A DNA stretch of 27,565 nucleotides. It comes from Gammaproteobacteria bacterium. GTDB taxonomy: Bacteria; Pseudomonadota; Gammaproteobacteria; UBA6429; Thiohalophilaceae. Made by a program: the position numbers and the translations under genes. Shown here one piece after another: positions 7,895 through 17,300 of this stretch. The DNA is taken from contig JAOULB010000001.1 in the NCBI GenBank assembly GCA_029882235.1, positions 1 to 27,565 of the forward strand, in the 5' to 3' direction. The first letter of the stretch is position 1. Each line of letters starts with the position of its first letter. The notes beneath the pieces are model-generated. The model saw only the letters and a list, made by a program, of their open reading frames with translations. It was not told the origin of the DNA and searched no databases.

Positions 7895-8560
7895 CTATAA
7901 ATCCAGCACCTTCTCTACATCTAGAAATTTGCGCAAGTCCTGTCTGATCTCCTGCCAGCGAAAACGTACCGAGTTCAGCACAATATCTTCATCCATCTGT
8001 TTGTACTCATCGACCACAGGGGCCCACTCGACCAGAGCCGTGGGGCTATGTGAAAAGGCCTGCTCATCGTCTGTCACCGCGGACCAGTCGGTCATGGCAA
8101 GACGCTGTCGGACATGATCGGCGCTCTGTGAAAACTTTTCGCCCGCATCACTGGGTATACCCGTCTCTTGTAGAATTTCATCAAGCAACTGCTGCATGAT
8201 CTCGACAATGTTGCCCTTGTCTGACTGTGGATGCCGTTGCAATAATCCACCCGCATAAACAGTCAGATCAGACAAACAGGCCAACCAGACCTGCCACTTG
8301 GCAATATTGATGGAGTTAACAAAGAAATCATCATCAAACAATTCTGGATAACGCATACCCGCGCGGGTACGCAAGTAACCATACAGCGATGTCTGTGCAA
8401 CAAAACTGGCACGTGTCTGGATAAATTCTTTCAGTCCCGCTCGGTCGGTAATGGCTTGCTGGCGTCGTAGACGAGAAAAATTAAAATATTCTCGCAGCAG
8501 CGACCATAGTGCAGCCGGGTTGAGCAGGACATCAATGAGGCGTCGAGGCGTCGAGTCCAT
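7895..8560 (-). CDS. Hypothetical protein, 221 aa
   Basis: Long helical-looking ORF filling the gap downstream of chpC, with a distinctive segment SLYGYLRTRAG. No family confidently recognised. Confidence 0.75.
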   Translation of the reverse strand: MDSTPRRLIDVLLNPAALWSLLREYFNFSRLRRQQAITDRAGLKEFIQTRASFVAQTSLYGYLRTRAGMRYPELFDDDFFVNSINIAKWQVWLACLSDLTVYAGGLLQRHPQSDKGNIVEIMQQLLDEILQETGIPSDAGEKFSQSADHVRQRLAMTDWSAVTDDEQAFSHSPTALVEWAPVVDEYKQMDEDIVLNSVRFRWQEIRQDLRKFLDVEKVLDL

Positions 8561-8628
8561 GATCTGATGTTATCAGTGTTGATTGTAACGACTTGAATCA
8601 GTCAAGGATTTATTGCCCTTTAGAGTAG

Positions 8629-9123
8629 CTATAGCAACAAACTCTTTTCCAGCTCATCAATGTCGGGAATGGCTGCTGGTTCGCCATTGACCAGCACGTG
8701 CTCTTTGATAAAACGGCCATTAGTATCACCGCTTGAGTTTGGAATAATATTTTTTTCCTGCACAACCTGAAGATGTGGAATACCCTGCGTCAGCATACCG
8801 ATGTAGGGCAGCTTGGAATTACCATTGAGTGTATTCAGAATGGCGATTCGACTCCCCTTGCGTGCTCTGGTACTACTTTCTAACCCGGCGGCTATTTCAA
8901 AAGAGATGACTGGTACACGATAATCACGCCAGCCGATTCGGCCGATGACCCATTCTTGTGAATCATTGCCTGATTCTGGTTCCTGATAACCAATCACTTC
9001 TGCAATAGAGGCATTTGGTAAGAGTAGAATTTCATTGGTGATAGGGATCATCAGGCAATGGATGGTCGTCAAACGACCTTCCGGGAGCATGCCTTTACCT
9101 TTTAGATACGTAATGTCTGCCAT
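8629..9123 (-). CDS. chpC: CheW-like adaptor ChpC
   Basis: LLLPNASIAEVI, GRIGWRDYRVPVISFE and RIAILNTL; position after chpB. Confidence 0.88.
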   Translation of the reverse strand: MADITYLKGKGMLPEGRLTTIHCLMIPITNEILLLPNASIAEVIGYQEPESGNDSQEWVIGRIGWRDYRVPVISFEIAAGLESSTRARKGSRIAILNTLNGNSKLPYIGMLTQGIPHLQVVQEKNIIPNSSGDTNGRFIKEHVLVNGEPAAIPDIDELEKSLLL

Positions 9124-10143
9124 TTATGTTTCCAGCTCTGTTGTCATCAGATGATCGTTCAGGTGTTTCGCCAGTATCTCTGGTGGTGCCGAATATTCTA
9201 CTACACCCGTCGCTCTAACATTATCCGGCATACTGCTAATTACGCAACTAGCCGCATCCTGTGCCCAGATTTTTCCACCGTACTGGTGCATGACCTGACA
9301 GCCCTTTTTGCCGTCATCACACATGCCACTAAGAATAATCGCACCCGCCCGTTCTTTATAGCGCCTGGCAATAGTGCTCACAACCTGATCAATACAGGGT
9401 GTGTACGGACTTTCATATTCCAGCGGCGATAATTGTACCGCACCAATAGGATTGATACTGATCTCTTCTGTCACTGGAGCCAGTATGACCTGACCATGGT
9501 GGAGTACATGACCATCCACAGCGGGCAATACTTCAAAATCTGTCGCCTGATTGAGTTGCTCCGCCAGCAGGGTGACAAAGTTAGCCCCCAAATGTTGCAC
9601 TAGAATAAAGGCAACGGGTAGGTCTTCGGGCAGGTTCTTGAGGAATTTTTTAATCGCCTCCGGACCACCCAGGGAAGAACCGATGACCCAGACATGTTTG
9701 GCCAGTTCGCCGTTGAGTCGTTTTTCAATATAACCGGCAGGGATTTCTTCAACCAGACTTTCATAACTGCGGTCAAACTGGGTTTTATCGGTTATGCCGC
9801 GGCCAGTGAGCGCTGCAATTTTGCGCATTAACTTACCATACCAGCGTGCCAGTACAGCGGGTTCGTTTAAAGTAAGTGCAGTGACATCATTAAACAGGAT
9901 GGGAATGTCGATCTCTTCAATCAGGTCATCGACCAGCTGTTCATCGTGATCATCATCATGCATATCAAGCAACATGACGTCGACCTTCAGACGTTTGACC
10001 TTATCGATAAAGGCATGGCTGAGGGGATCATTAATCACTACGCTCAGGCCATTGGCCTCCATGGCCAGACGCAAGTAAGCACGCTGCGAATGCTTACTGG
10101 AAGCAATCGCGATATTAATATTATTGAATTCCTTTTTAGACAT
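9124..10143 (-). CDS. chpB: CheB-like methylesterase ChpB with an atypical receiver domain
   Basis: Triad motifs GSSLGGP, VQHL and SGMCDDG; YTPCID; AQDAASCVISSMP. Its stop codon abuts the chpC ATG. Confidence 0.9.
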   Translation of the reverse strand: MSKKEFNNINIAIASSKHSQRAYLRLAMEANGLSVVINDPLSHAFIDKVKRLKVDVMLLDMHDDDHDEQLVDDLIEEIDIPILFNDVTALTLNEPAVLARWYGKLMRKIAALTGRGITDKTQFDRSYESLVEEIPAGYIEKRLNGELAKHVWVIGSSLGGPEAIKKFLKNLPEDLPVAFILVQHLGANFVTLLAEQLNQATDFEVLPAVDGHVLHHGQVILAPVTEEISINPIGAVQLSPLEYESPYTPCIDQVVSTIARRYKERAGAIILSGMCDDGKKGCQVMHQYGGKIWAQDAASCVISSMPDNVRATGVVEYSAPPEILAKHLNDHLMTTELET

Positions 10144-10237
10144 GTTCCAGTCGTTATTTAATACGTCAGATGAACGGGCTTACATTATGCCAAAATTAAC
10201 CAAAACACATTCGGCCTGTTCACAAAAAAATAAACCG

Positions 10238-13200
10238 TCAGGTAGGCTGCAATAGTCCCTGAATATGTTCGAGTAACTCAGCTTCGTTGTAGGGTTTGCC
10301 CAGATAGAAATTCACACCGATAGACATAGCACGATCGCGGTGCTTCTGACCGGTACGAGACGTGATCATGATAATCGGAATGTGTTTTAACTGATCATCA
10401 TTGCGAATATTCGTCGCCAGCTCAAAACCATCCATACGTGGCATCTCGACGTCGAGGAGAATCACATCAGGGTGCACTTCCTGCAATTGCGATAGCGCAT
10501 CGACACCATCTTTCGCCGAAGTTGAACGATAGTCGTTGCGTTCCAGCAACCGGGTGGTCACTTTACGCACGGTAATCGAGTCATCCACCACCATAACCAG
10601 TGGCTTCTCAGCAACTGGCTGTTCAATAACAGCTTCAACAGGTTCAGCTGGATACAATTCAGCAGTCTGAGCAACACGACGAACGAGTACACCCAGGTCA
10701 ATAATCAGCACGACACTACCGTCACCCATAATGGTGGCACCAGAAATACCCTGCATGGTACTCAGCTGTGCTCCGACGGGTTTGACCACGACTTCACGAC
10801 TGCCAATCAGGTTATCAACCTGGATTGCCGCACGGAACTCACCACTGCGTACAATCAGTAAAGGTATTTTGCCACGGTCACGTGGAATATAGCGCTTGCT
10901 GATGCCCATGGTTTCCCCCAGATGGATGAAGGGGTAGTCCTGACCAACCCAGTGATAGACTGGATTCTCAGCGGCATAGATTTCTTCCAGTTGTGTGGTA
11001 TCAACGCGTTCGACACCTTCAACACTCAATAATGGGATAGCATAGGTGTCTTCACTCACATTCACCATCAGCGCACGCGTCACGGACAGCGTCAGCGGCA
11101 GACTAACGGTAAACATCGTACCTACGCCCTGCTCGGTATTAATGTTTAGAATACCGCCAAGCTGTTTGATCTCACTATTAACCACATCCATACCTACGCC
11201 GCGACCAGAAATCTGGGTCACTTCATCGGCAGTACTAAAGCCGGATTCCATAATCATTTCCAGCAAGGTCTCTTTAGTGACATTCGCACCAGGCTTGATC
11301 ATGCCCTTGGCAATTGCCTTGCTCTGAATCGCATCAAGATCAATACCCTGACCATCATCTGTCAGCTTGATGACAATATCGGCACCTTCACGACTAATGC
11401 TCAGATCAATCTGACCGGTTTCTTCTTTGCCGGTATTGCGGCGAGTTTCTGAATCTTCCAGACCATGGGCTACGGCATTACGCAGCATATGTTCGAGTGC
11501 CGGCAGCATGCGTTCAAGCACGGTACGATCCATTTCACTATCGGCACCATGTAGATGCAACTCGGCAAACTTACCAAGCTCTTCTGCAGTCTGACGAACA
11601 ATACGACGCAGGCGACTGGTCTGGCTTGAGAAGGGCACCATGCGGGTACGCATCAGGCCTTCCTGCAGTTCGGTATTCACACGTGACTGCTGAACTAATA
11701 AGGTTTCTGACTCACGTGTCAGGTTACCCAGAATGCCACGTAAGCTATCAAGGTCATTCAAACTTTCCAGCATACCGCGAGAAAGTTGCTGCATCTGGGT
11801 AAAGCGGTCAAATTCAAGTGGATCAAAATCTTCCTGCGTAGCACTCAGTGATTCCTCGGCACGGTATTGAATCTGTGCTTCTGCTTCCATTTCAAATTTA
11901 CGCAGCTGATCACGTAAACGACTGACGGTTTCATCAAGCTCGGTCAGGTTATATCGGAAGGCATTGGTCTGTTGCTCCATGCGTGAGCGATAAATACTTA
12001 CCTCTCCAGCGAAATTAACCAGGTTATCCAGCAGATCAGAACGCACGCGCACCAGCTCACGTTTTTCCTTTTTCTCTGGCATGGTCTGCTGCGGAGATGT
12101 GAGCTGTTGACTCTTAATTGGCTTCAGGCTGGTTAAGGGCACCACATTATCGGATGTCAGCGTTGGTACATTTTCTTCTGCAACAATAGGCTCGCTACTT
12201 TCAGCAACAGGCTCAAGCTGAATGTCTTCAACATCCATGAAAGAATCATCAGGGATGTGCTGAGCATGAATTGCTTCTTCCTCTTCCTCATCATCGAAAG
12301 AAACTTCATGTCCAATAATGCCCGCAACGACCGCAATCAGGTCTTTCGCAGGTGTCAGCTTCTGTCTGTTTTTTAGCTGATCCAGTAAATGCACCAGTCT
12401 ATCCTGTGTGCGCAGCATGACATCATGAATCTCTTCACTGGGTTCAAGCTGTCCTTCAGCAATCGCAGTCAGCATCGATTCAATACTATGACTTAAATCA
12501 CCAATCGCGGTCACACCCGCCATGCGTGCCCCACCTTTCAGGGTGTGCAATTGTCGCTGCAAGGCTTCAAGGTGATCGGCATTGGCCAAATCGTCACCCC
12601 AGCGATGCAGGACCTGATCGCTGTCTTCCAGAATTTCGCTACCTTCTTCAAGGAAGATTTCCAGCAGTTCATCGTCATAGCTGTCATCAGCCTGTAGGCT
12701 TTGTGATGAACTCTGACTAAGATCAAACTGACTACTTGGTTCATTACTGGTTTCAACCTGCAGCCTCTGCAGACCTGAATCAGTAGGTTCAATATTGACG
12801 AGACTCCCACCAAGTGAAACTTCCATATCCTGAATTCCCTGCAATAGATCATCATGTTCAGGAATCGGGATGCCAGGATTATCAAGCATATCAACAGTCT
12901 GTTGAACAAAGGACATGCTTTGCTCAACAAGTTCGAGCAACTCATCCGTAACATCATTGCTTTCAGCAGCAAACACATCGGCAACTTTTTCCAGTCGGCT
13001 GCATATTGATGCCAGTCCAGGCAAACCTGCTGTGCGTGAGCTGCCGGTTAAGGTATGCAATGCACGAATTAACTTTTGATTTGCGGATTTATCAGTGTCT
13101 GCACGCCAGTCATCTACATACTCTCTCAGCGCATTCAGGTGATTGGCCGCCTCTTTACGATAGATATCACGTAAGACTTCGTCTATATCGGGTATCGTCG

Positions 13201-16200
13201 GAGCGCTTTCCTTAAATGGAGTATCACCCTTATCAACTGGTGGCGCAGCTATTTCGATTGACGCATTAATGGGTGCACCCTGACTAATCGCATCTGCCTG
13301 TTCCATCAGATTGAAGATTTCCTGGCTTGCACCTTCACCTGTTTTAAACATATCAAACAGACTGGGTAGAGTCAGACGGGCCTGTTCCAGCAGATTGAAG
13401 ATTGTTTGATCAGCTTCGATGGTATGGTCAATCACGCGGTTGAGCATATTCTCAAAGGCCCAGGCAAACTCACCCACTTCACTGGCACCGACGAGTCGAC
13501 CACTTCCTTTTAAGGTATGGAATGAACGGCGCAATTCTTTCAGTATTGCCTCATCAGAGGGATCTGACTGCCATGCAGGCAAACGTACTGAAATATTACC
13601 AAACTCTTCTTCTGCTTCTTCAAGAAATATTTCGATAATTTCATTATCGATTTCCTCTGGCACATCTTTTTTCTTTATGACAGGTGCAGGTGTTGGAGTA
13701 AGCTTTGCTGCTGTATTCAAAGGAATAACATTGCTTGCTGGAAGCACTGGTTCTTCTGGCAGAACTTCCATTAAGGTATCAATACCAAACTTCAAGCTAC
13801 TTTTTATTTCTTCATTAAATTCGGTTTCGCCCTTGTTGACCGTTTTAATCAGGGATGCCATATCATTGGCAACCTTGGCCACTTCTTCCTGCCCACTTAG
13901 CTTGGCCTGCTTCTTGATGTTGGTCACTTCTTTACGAAATGCCCTGGTCAGGTCTTTATCAGAAACATCTTCAGACCAGGCTTCAAGACGATCATTCAGT
14001 ACCGGAATGTCCTGAACCGATAAGGATGGTGCTGGACGGACTACCTCTGGCTCAGTTAGTTTGTCTTTTTCAACCAGGTCGATAACACTTTCATCGAACT
14101 CAATTTCCTGAGTGACATTATTAAAATCAAACTCTGGCTCTTCAGTTACAGCGATTTCGTTGCTGGACTCAAGCTCCATTTCACCAAAGTCGATCTCCAT
14201 GGTGTTACGAGAGAGTTCTGAGGGTTCAGCGACCAGCTCTATTTCTTCGTGGAAATCGAGGTCGCTGGTATCAAGTTCGATTTCCTGAGTGGGGTTTTCT
14301 TCTGGTTCACTCAGACTAAGTTCTTTTTCAAGCTCGGCAGTGAGTTCATCCTCGAAGCCCTGACCATCTCCAATATCGAGCTGGCTGGCATCGAATTCTA
14401 TTTCCTGGGTATCACTTGTTGTGCCGTTAATATCATCCAGCGAGATACCTTTTGCTTCTAGCTCATTTTCAAAATCTTCCAGAGAAATTTCAGCCGTCGA
14501 CATGTCTGCAGCATCGAGTTCAATTTCTCCCGTTTCCGTACCGGGTGCACCGATATCAATCATGGTGTCGTCATCTTCGCTTAAATCAGATGACTCCAAC
14601 ATAACATCGTTAATGGCTAGATCATTCTGAGTCTCATCATCTTGCTGTTGTGCATCGATGACGCCACTGCTGAGTTCCTGAATATGATCACCAAAACCAA
14701 TCTGTGCCAGACGTTGTTCGGCCACTTCAAGAATGGCATTTGGATTGCCCCACTGACCCGCAACGGAGTCCATATAATATTCAATACTACTGAGGGCATC
14801 GGCAAGGGCGTCGGTTGAAGCCGGATCGGGGGCACGTGTGGCATTAATCATTTCCTGCTGCACATAGGCGCGGCAGGTATCGACCAGTTGTGCGGGTCGT
14901 TCCAGATGTAAAATTTCAAAACTGCCACGAATCTGATCCAGCCAGTCAGGCACATCACTAATTAAACTAAGATTGCGGGGTGCTTCAAGGAACTGGCTCA
15001 TAGCCTCTTTGACTTTGCCCATATTATCACGGGCTTCGTTCATGACTGTTTTTAACAGCGCCTGTTGTTCTGCGTTTTTCAGTTTTTCTTCATTTACTGC
15101 AATACTGGTGGAAGACTCACTACTTGAAATCGCAGCCGTCGGCCCATGTAACATGGATTCAATCGATAGCAACTCATGTGCAACATCCATTAACTGGTTT
15201 TCGTCAACCGGTTCACGGCCTTCAGCAAAGGCTCTTAGCTGATCAACCTGTTCCATGACCGTCTGACGCTGTTTACCAAAGCCCAGCATACCCAGTGTAT
15301 CCGCTGTTTGATTCAGACTTTCGCACAGGGGAGTTAAACTTTTCGGATCTCGTTCATCCGAGCGAACGAATACATCCAGGTTGTCTTTAACTTGAACCAG
15401 GTTTTCCAGTAGTACAGCAGATACGGTTTGTAGTAGCTCTGCATTGGGGCCGGTTAGATCGGCACGGGCACGTTCGAGCGTGGCCTCATCGGGCAGAGCA
15501 TCGGCCAGTTTAAATGCCTCTTTGAGTTTATGAACACGTTCACCTTCGGTTGAAGAACTGGCGACATAGTATAAAAGATTTTTTTCAAGTTCCTGCGGGG
15601 GTTCTCTGGTCAGTACTGACTCACCCTGATCAATAATCTTTTTAATCTGGCGATCAAGCTGACCCATTAGTAATTTCACTGCAACACTGGCTTCGATTCC
15701 ACCTTCACGTAAGGCTTCAATCACACCACTGGCAGACCAGAGTACGCGGTTAACTTCCTGGTCATTTGCTGCATAACGAAGCTTTTCAATTACTTTATCA
15801 AGCTTGCGTAAACCACCTTTGCTATCACGGTCGCGGTACCAGTCGAGCAGGCCAAGGTGATAAGTATGACGCAGTTTTCTCGCCAGGCTGGGTAAGTCTT
15901 CATCGCTGTTATGTTCATCAGTGTCTGGAACAGTAACATCAAGGTCAGGGGTAAATAAGGCACTTTCAGTGAGTAATGGCGCCTTACGCGCTGCACGTAA
16001 ATCATTCAGCAGAGGTAACAGCACCATCGGAATATCTTTATGGCCAGACTGCAGACGTTCAAGATAATCTGGCAACTGCCACATCGCACGCATCATGACT
16101 TCATAGATGTCATCACGCCCTTCAATTTCATTTGTTGCCAGACTCTGAGTTAGATTCTCTAGCTCTTCAGATAACATGGCCGCGCCATAGAGTTCAACCA

Positions 16201-16378
16201 TTTGCAGGGTACCGCGAACCTGATGCAAATAATTCGCAACCTGCTGTAATTGTGTACCGCTATCGGGGGCTTCTACATGCAGCTCTAGTGCCGTACGTGC
16301 CTGCTTTAAGGTCTCATCAATTTCTGATTTGACCCATTGCAGTGTATTCAGATCGACCTGACTATTATCCGCAATCAT
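10238..16378 (-). CDS. chpA: ChpA hybrid CheA-like kinase (multiple Hpt/pseudo-Hpt, HATPase, CheW, REC)
   Basis: Hpt motifs FHTLKGSG, LHTLTGSS and LHTLKGGA; N-terminal LHQVRGTL; EHMLRNAVAHG; GFSTA..SGRGVGMDVV; ISGATIMGDG; REC VVDDS..LLDVEMPRMDG. Confidence 0.96.
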   Translation of the reverse strand: MIADNSQVDLNTLQWVKSEIDETLKQARTALELHVEAPDSGTQLQQVANYLHQVRGTLQMVELYGAAMLSEELENLTQSLATNEIEGRDDIYEVMMRAMWQLPDYLERLQSGHKDIPMVLLPLLNDLRAARKAPLLTESALFTPDLDVTVPDTDEHNSDEDLPSLARKLRHTYHLGLLDWYRDRDSKGGLRKLDKVIEKLRYAANDQEVNRVLWSASGVIEALREGGIEASVAVKLLMGQLDRQIKKIIDQGESVLTREPPQELEKNLLYYVASSSTEGERVHKLKEAFKLADALPDEATLERARADLTGPNAELLQTVSAVLLENLVQVKDNLDVFVRSDERDPKSLTPLCESLNQTADTLGMLGFGKQRQTVMEQVDQLRAFAEGREPVDENQLMDVAHELLSIESMLHGPTAAISSSESSTSIAVNEEKLKNAEQQALLKTVMNEARDNMGKVKEAMSQFLEAPRNLSLISDVPDWLDQIRGSFEILHLERPAQLVDTCRAYVQQEMINATRAPDPASTDALADALSSIEYYMDSVAGQWGNPNAILEVAEQRLAQIGFGDHIQELSSGVIDAQQQDDETQNDLAINDVMLESSDLSEDDDTMIDIGAPGTETGEIELDAADMSTAEISLEDFENELEAKGISLDDINGTTSDTQEIEFDASQLDIGDGQGFEDELTAELEKELSLSEPEENPTQEIELDTSDLDFHEEIELVAEPSELSRNTMEIDFGEMELESSNEIAVTEEPEFDFNNVTQEIEFDESVIDLVEKDKLTEPEVVRPAPSLSVQDIPVLNDRLEAWSEDVSDKDLTRAFRKEVTNIKKQAKLSGQEEVAKVANDMASLIKTVNKGETEFNEEIKSSLKFGIDTLMEVLPEEPVLPASNVIPLNTAAKLTPTPAPVIKKKDVPEEIDNEIIEIFLEEAEEEFGNISVRLPAWQSDPSDEAILKELRRSFHTLKGSGRLVGASEVGEFAWAFENMLNRVIDHTIEADQTIFNLLEQARLTLPSLFDMFKTGEGASQEIFNLMEQADAISQGAPINASIEIAAPPVDKGDTPFKESAPTIPDIDEVLRDIYRKEAANHLNALREYVDDWRADTDKSANQKLIRALHTLTGSSRTAGLPGLASICSRLEKVADVFAAESNDVTDELLELVEQSMSFVQQTVDMLDNPGIPIPEHDDLLQGIQDMEVSLGGSLVNIEPTDSGLQRLQVETSNEPSSQFDLSQSSSQSLQADDSYDDELLEIFLEEGSEILEDSDQVLHRWGDDLANADHLEALQRQLHTLKGGARMAGVTAIGDLSHSIESMLTAIAEGQLEPSEEIHDVMLRTQDRLVHLLDQLKNRQKLTPAKDLIAVVAGIIGHEVSFDDEEEEEAIHAQHIPDDSFMDVEDIQLEPVAESSEPIVAEENVPTLTSDNVVPLTSLKPIKSQQLTSPQQTMPEKKEKRELVRVRSDLLDNLVNFAGEVSIYRSRMEQQTNAFRYNLTELDETVSRLRDQLRKFEMEAEAQIQYRAEESLSATQEDFDPLEFDRFTQMQQLSRGMLESLNDLDSLRGILGNLTRESETLLVQQSRVNTELQEGLMRTRMVPFSSQTSRLRRIVRQTAEELGKFAELHLHGADSEMDRTVLERMLPALEHMLRNAVAHGLEDSETRRNTGKEETGQIDLSISREGADIVIKLTDDGQGIDLDAIQSKAIAKGMIKPGANVTKETLLEMIMESGFSTADEVTQISGRGVGMDVVNSEIKQLGGILNINTEQGVGTMFTVSLPLTLSVTRALMVNVSEDTYAIPLLSVEGVERVDTTQLEEIYAAENPVYHWVGQDYPFIHLGETMGISKRYIPRDRGKIPLLIVRSGEFRAAIQVDNLIGSREVVVKPVGAQLSTMQGISGATIMGDGSVVLIIDLGVLVRRVAQTAELYPAEPVEAVIEQPVAEKPLVMVVDDSITVRKVTTRLLERNDYRSTSAKDGVDALSQLQEVHPDVILLDVEMPRMDGFELATNIRNDDQLKHIPIIMITSRTGQKHRDRAMSIGVNFYLGKPYNEAELLEHIQGLLQPT
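14090..14535 (-). repeat. Degenerate internal repeat in the acidic chpA linker (x-E-I-[EDS]-[FL]-[DEGV], about 7 copies)
   Basis: Peptides GEIELD, AEISLE, QEIEFD, QEIELD, EEIELV, MEIDFG and QEIEFD. Near-identical 18-mers at 14096-14113, 14273-14290 and 14393-14410. Confidence 0.75.
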
Positions 16379-17274
16379 GATTGCTCACCTGCTGGTTCAT
16401 TAATGCGACGAAAGGCCAGTGTCGAAGGAAAATTCACGGTTTCGATTAATGGGTTACTCCAGTTAATAATTTCACCCGCACCCAACACCAGTAATCCACC
16501 TGGACGTAAATGTTTCACCAGGTGTTCAAGTATCGCAATGCGGCGTTCGCGTTTGAAGTAGATCAACAGGTTCTGGCAATAGATGATATCCATTTGCTCA
16601 GGGCGGGCATGCGCCAGCTTCATGACATTAAACTGGGCAAAGCTCACTTTCTGTCTTAACTCAGGTTTAACTTCTAATATATCTGCATCGAGCCGGTTGA
16701 TATAACGTTCTGCAAACTCTGCCGGGACATTGGTCGCACGATTATTACGATACTGACCACGTAAGGCCTTCGCTAATGAGCCAAGACTAATATCCGTTGC
16801 AGTTATTAAGAAGTTACGATCGAGACCTTCACGCTCAACATAATCATCCAGCAGCATGGCCAGGCTATAGGGCTCTTCACCCGTCGCACAACCGACACTC
16901 CAGATACGCAGGGCATCATCATTTGTGGCCAGATACTTTGGCAAGAAGGAGTCACTAATGAGTCGTAATGAAAACTCATCACGGAAGAAACGTGTTTCAT
17001 GTACCGTCAGGCGATCGACCAGCACTTCCCATTCCATATCGCCTTTTTTGCCCGACATGAGATACTGATAATATGTCTCATAGTCCTGACATTTCAGTTC
17101 ACGCATACGTGCACTGAGGCTGGTCAGCAAAAAGGATTTGCGCTCAGGCGGAAGACAGATACCCGTCCGTTTTTCCAGCAACTCGACCCACTGGCCGAAC
17201 TGATCGTCATTCATCGCCACCAATGGCGTTAAATGCCAGGACCGGTTATCCCCATTGTTTTGCGATATGGCCAT
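16375..17274 (-). CDS. pilK: CheR-like methyltransferase PilK
   Basis: HETRFFRD, IWSVGCATGEEPYS, DIIYCQNLLIYF and LRPGG. ATGA overlap with chpA. Confidence 0.92.
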   Translation of the reverse strand: MAISQNNGDNRSWHLTPLVAMNDDQFGQWVELLEKRTGICLPPERKSFLLTSLSARMRELKCQDYETYYQYLMSGKKGDMEWEVLVDRLTVHETRFFRDEFSLRLISDSFLPKYLATNDDALRIWSVGCATGEEPYSLAMLLDDYVEREGLDRNFLITATDISLGSLAKALRGQYRNNRATNVPAEFAERYINRLDADILEVKPELRQKVSFAQFNVMKLAHARPEQMDIIYCQNLLIYFKRERRIAILEHLVKHLRPGGLLVLGAGEIINWSNPLIETVNFPSTLAFRRINEPAGEQS

Positions 17275-17300
17275 TCCATTCTCGCTCTTGGTCAGACTGC

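Noticed and set aside
10144-10237. Terminator after chpA and an extended -10 (TGgCATAAT, 10192-10184) before chpB
   Set aside because: The T-run has only a weak 4-bp stem and the -35 is poor; too weak to call, though an internal promoter is not excluded.
10733-10747. ISGAT in ChpA matches [ST]GA[ST]
   Set aside because: It is a standard cytoplasmic CheW-domain motif of CheA proteins and is not accessible to a periplasmic ApbE.
13419-14015. 198-aa plus-strand ORF and the many other antisense or alternate-frame ORFs in the track (e.g. 12538-12984, 18218-18640, 22741-23184, 4744-5163)
   Set aside because: They are shadows of well-supported genes, have no recognisable motifs, and show the Ser/Phe-rich composition typical of antisense frames.
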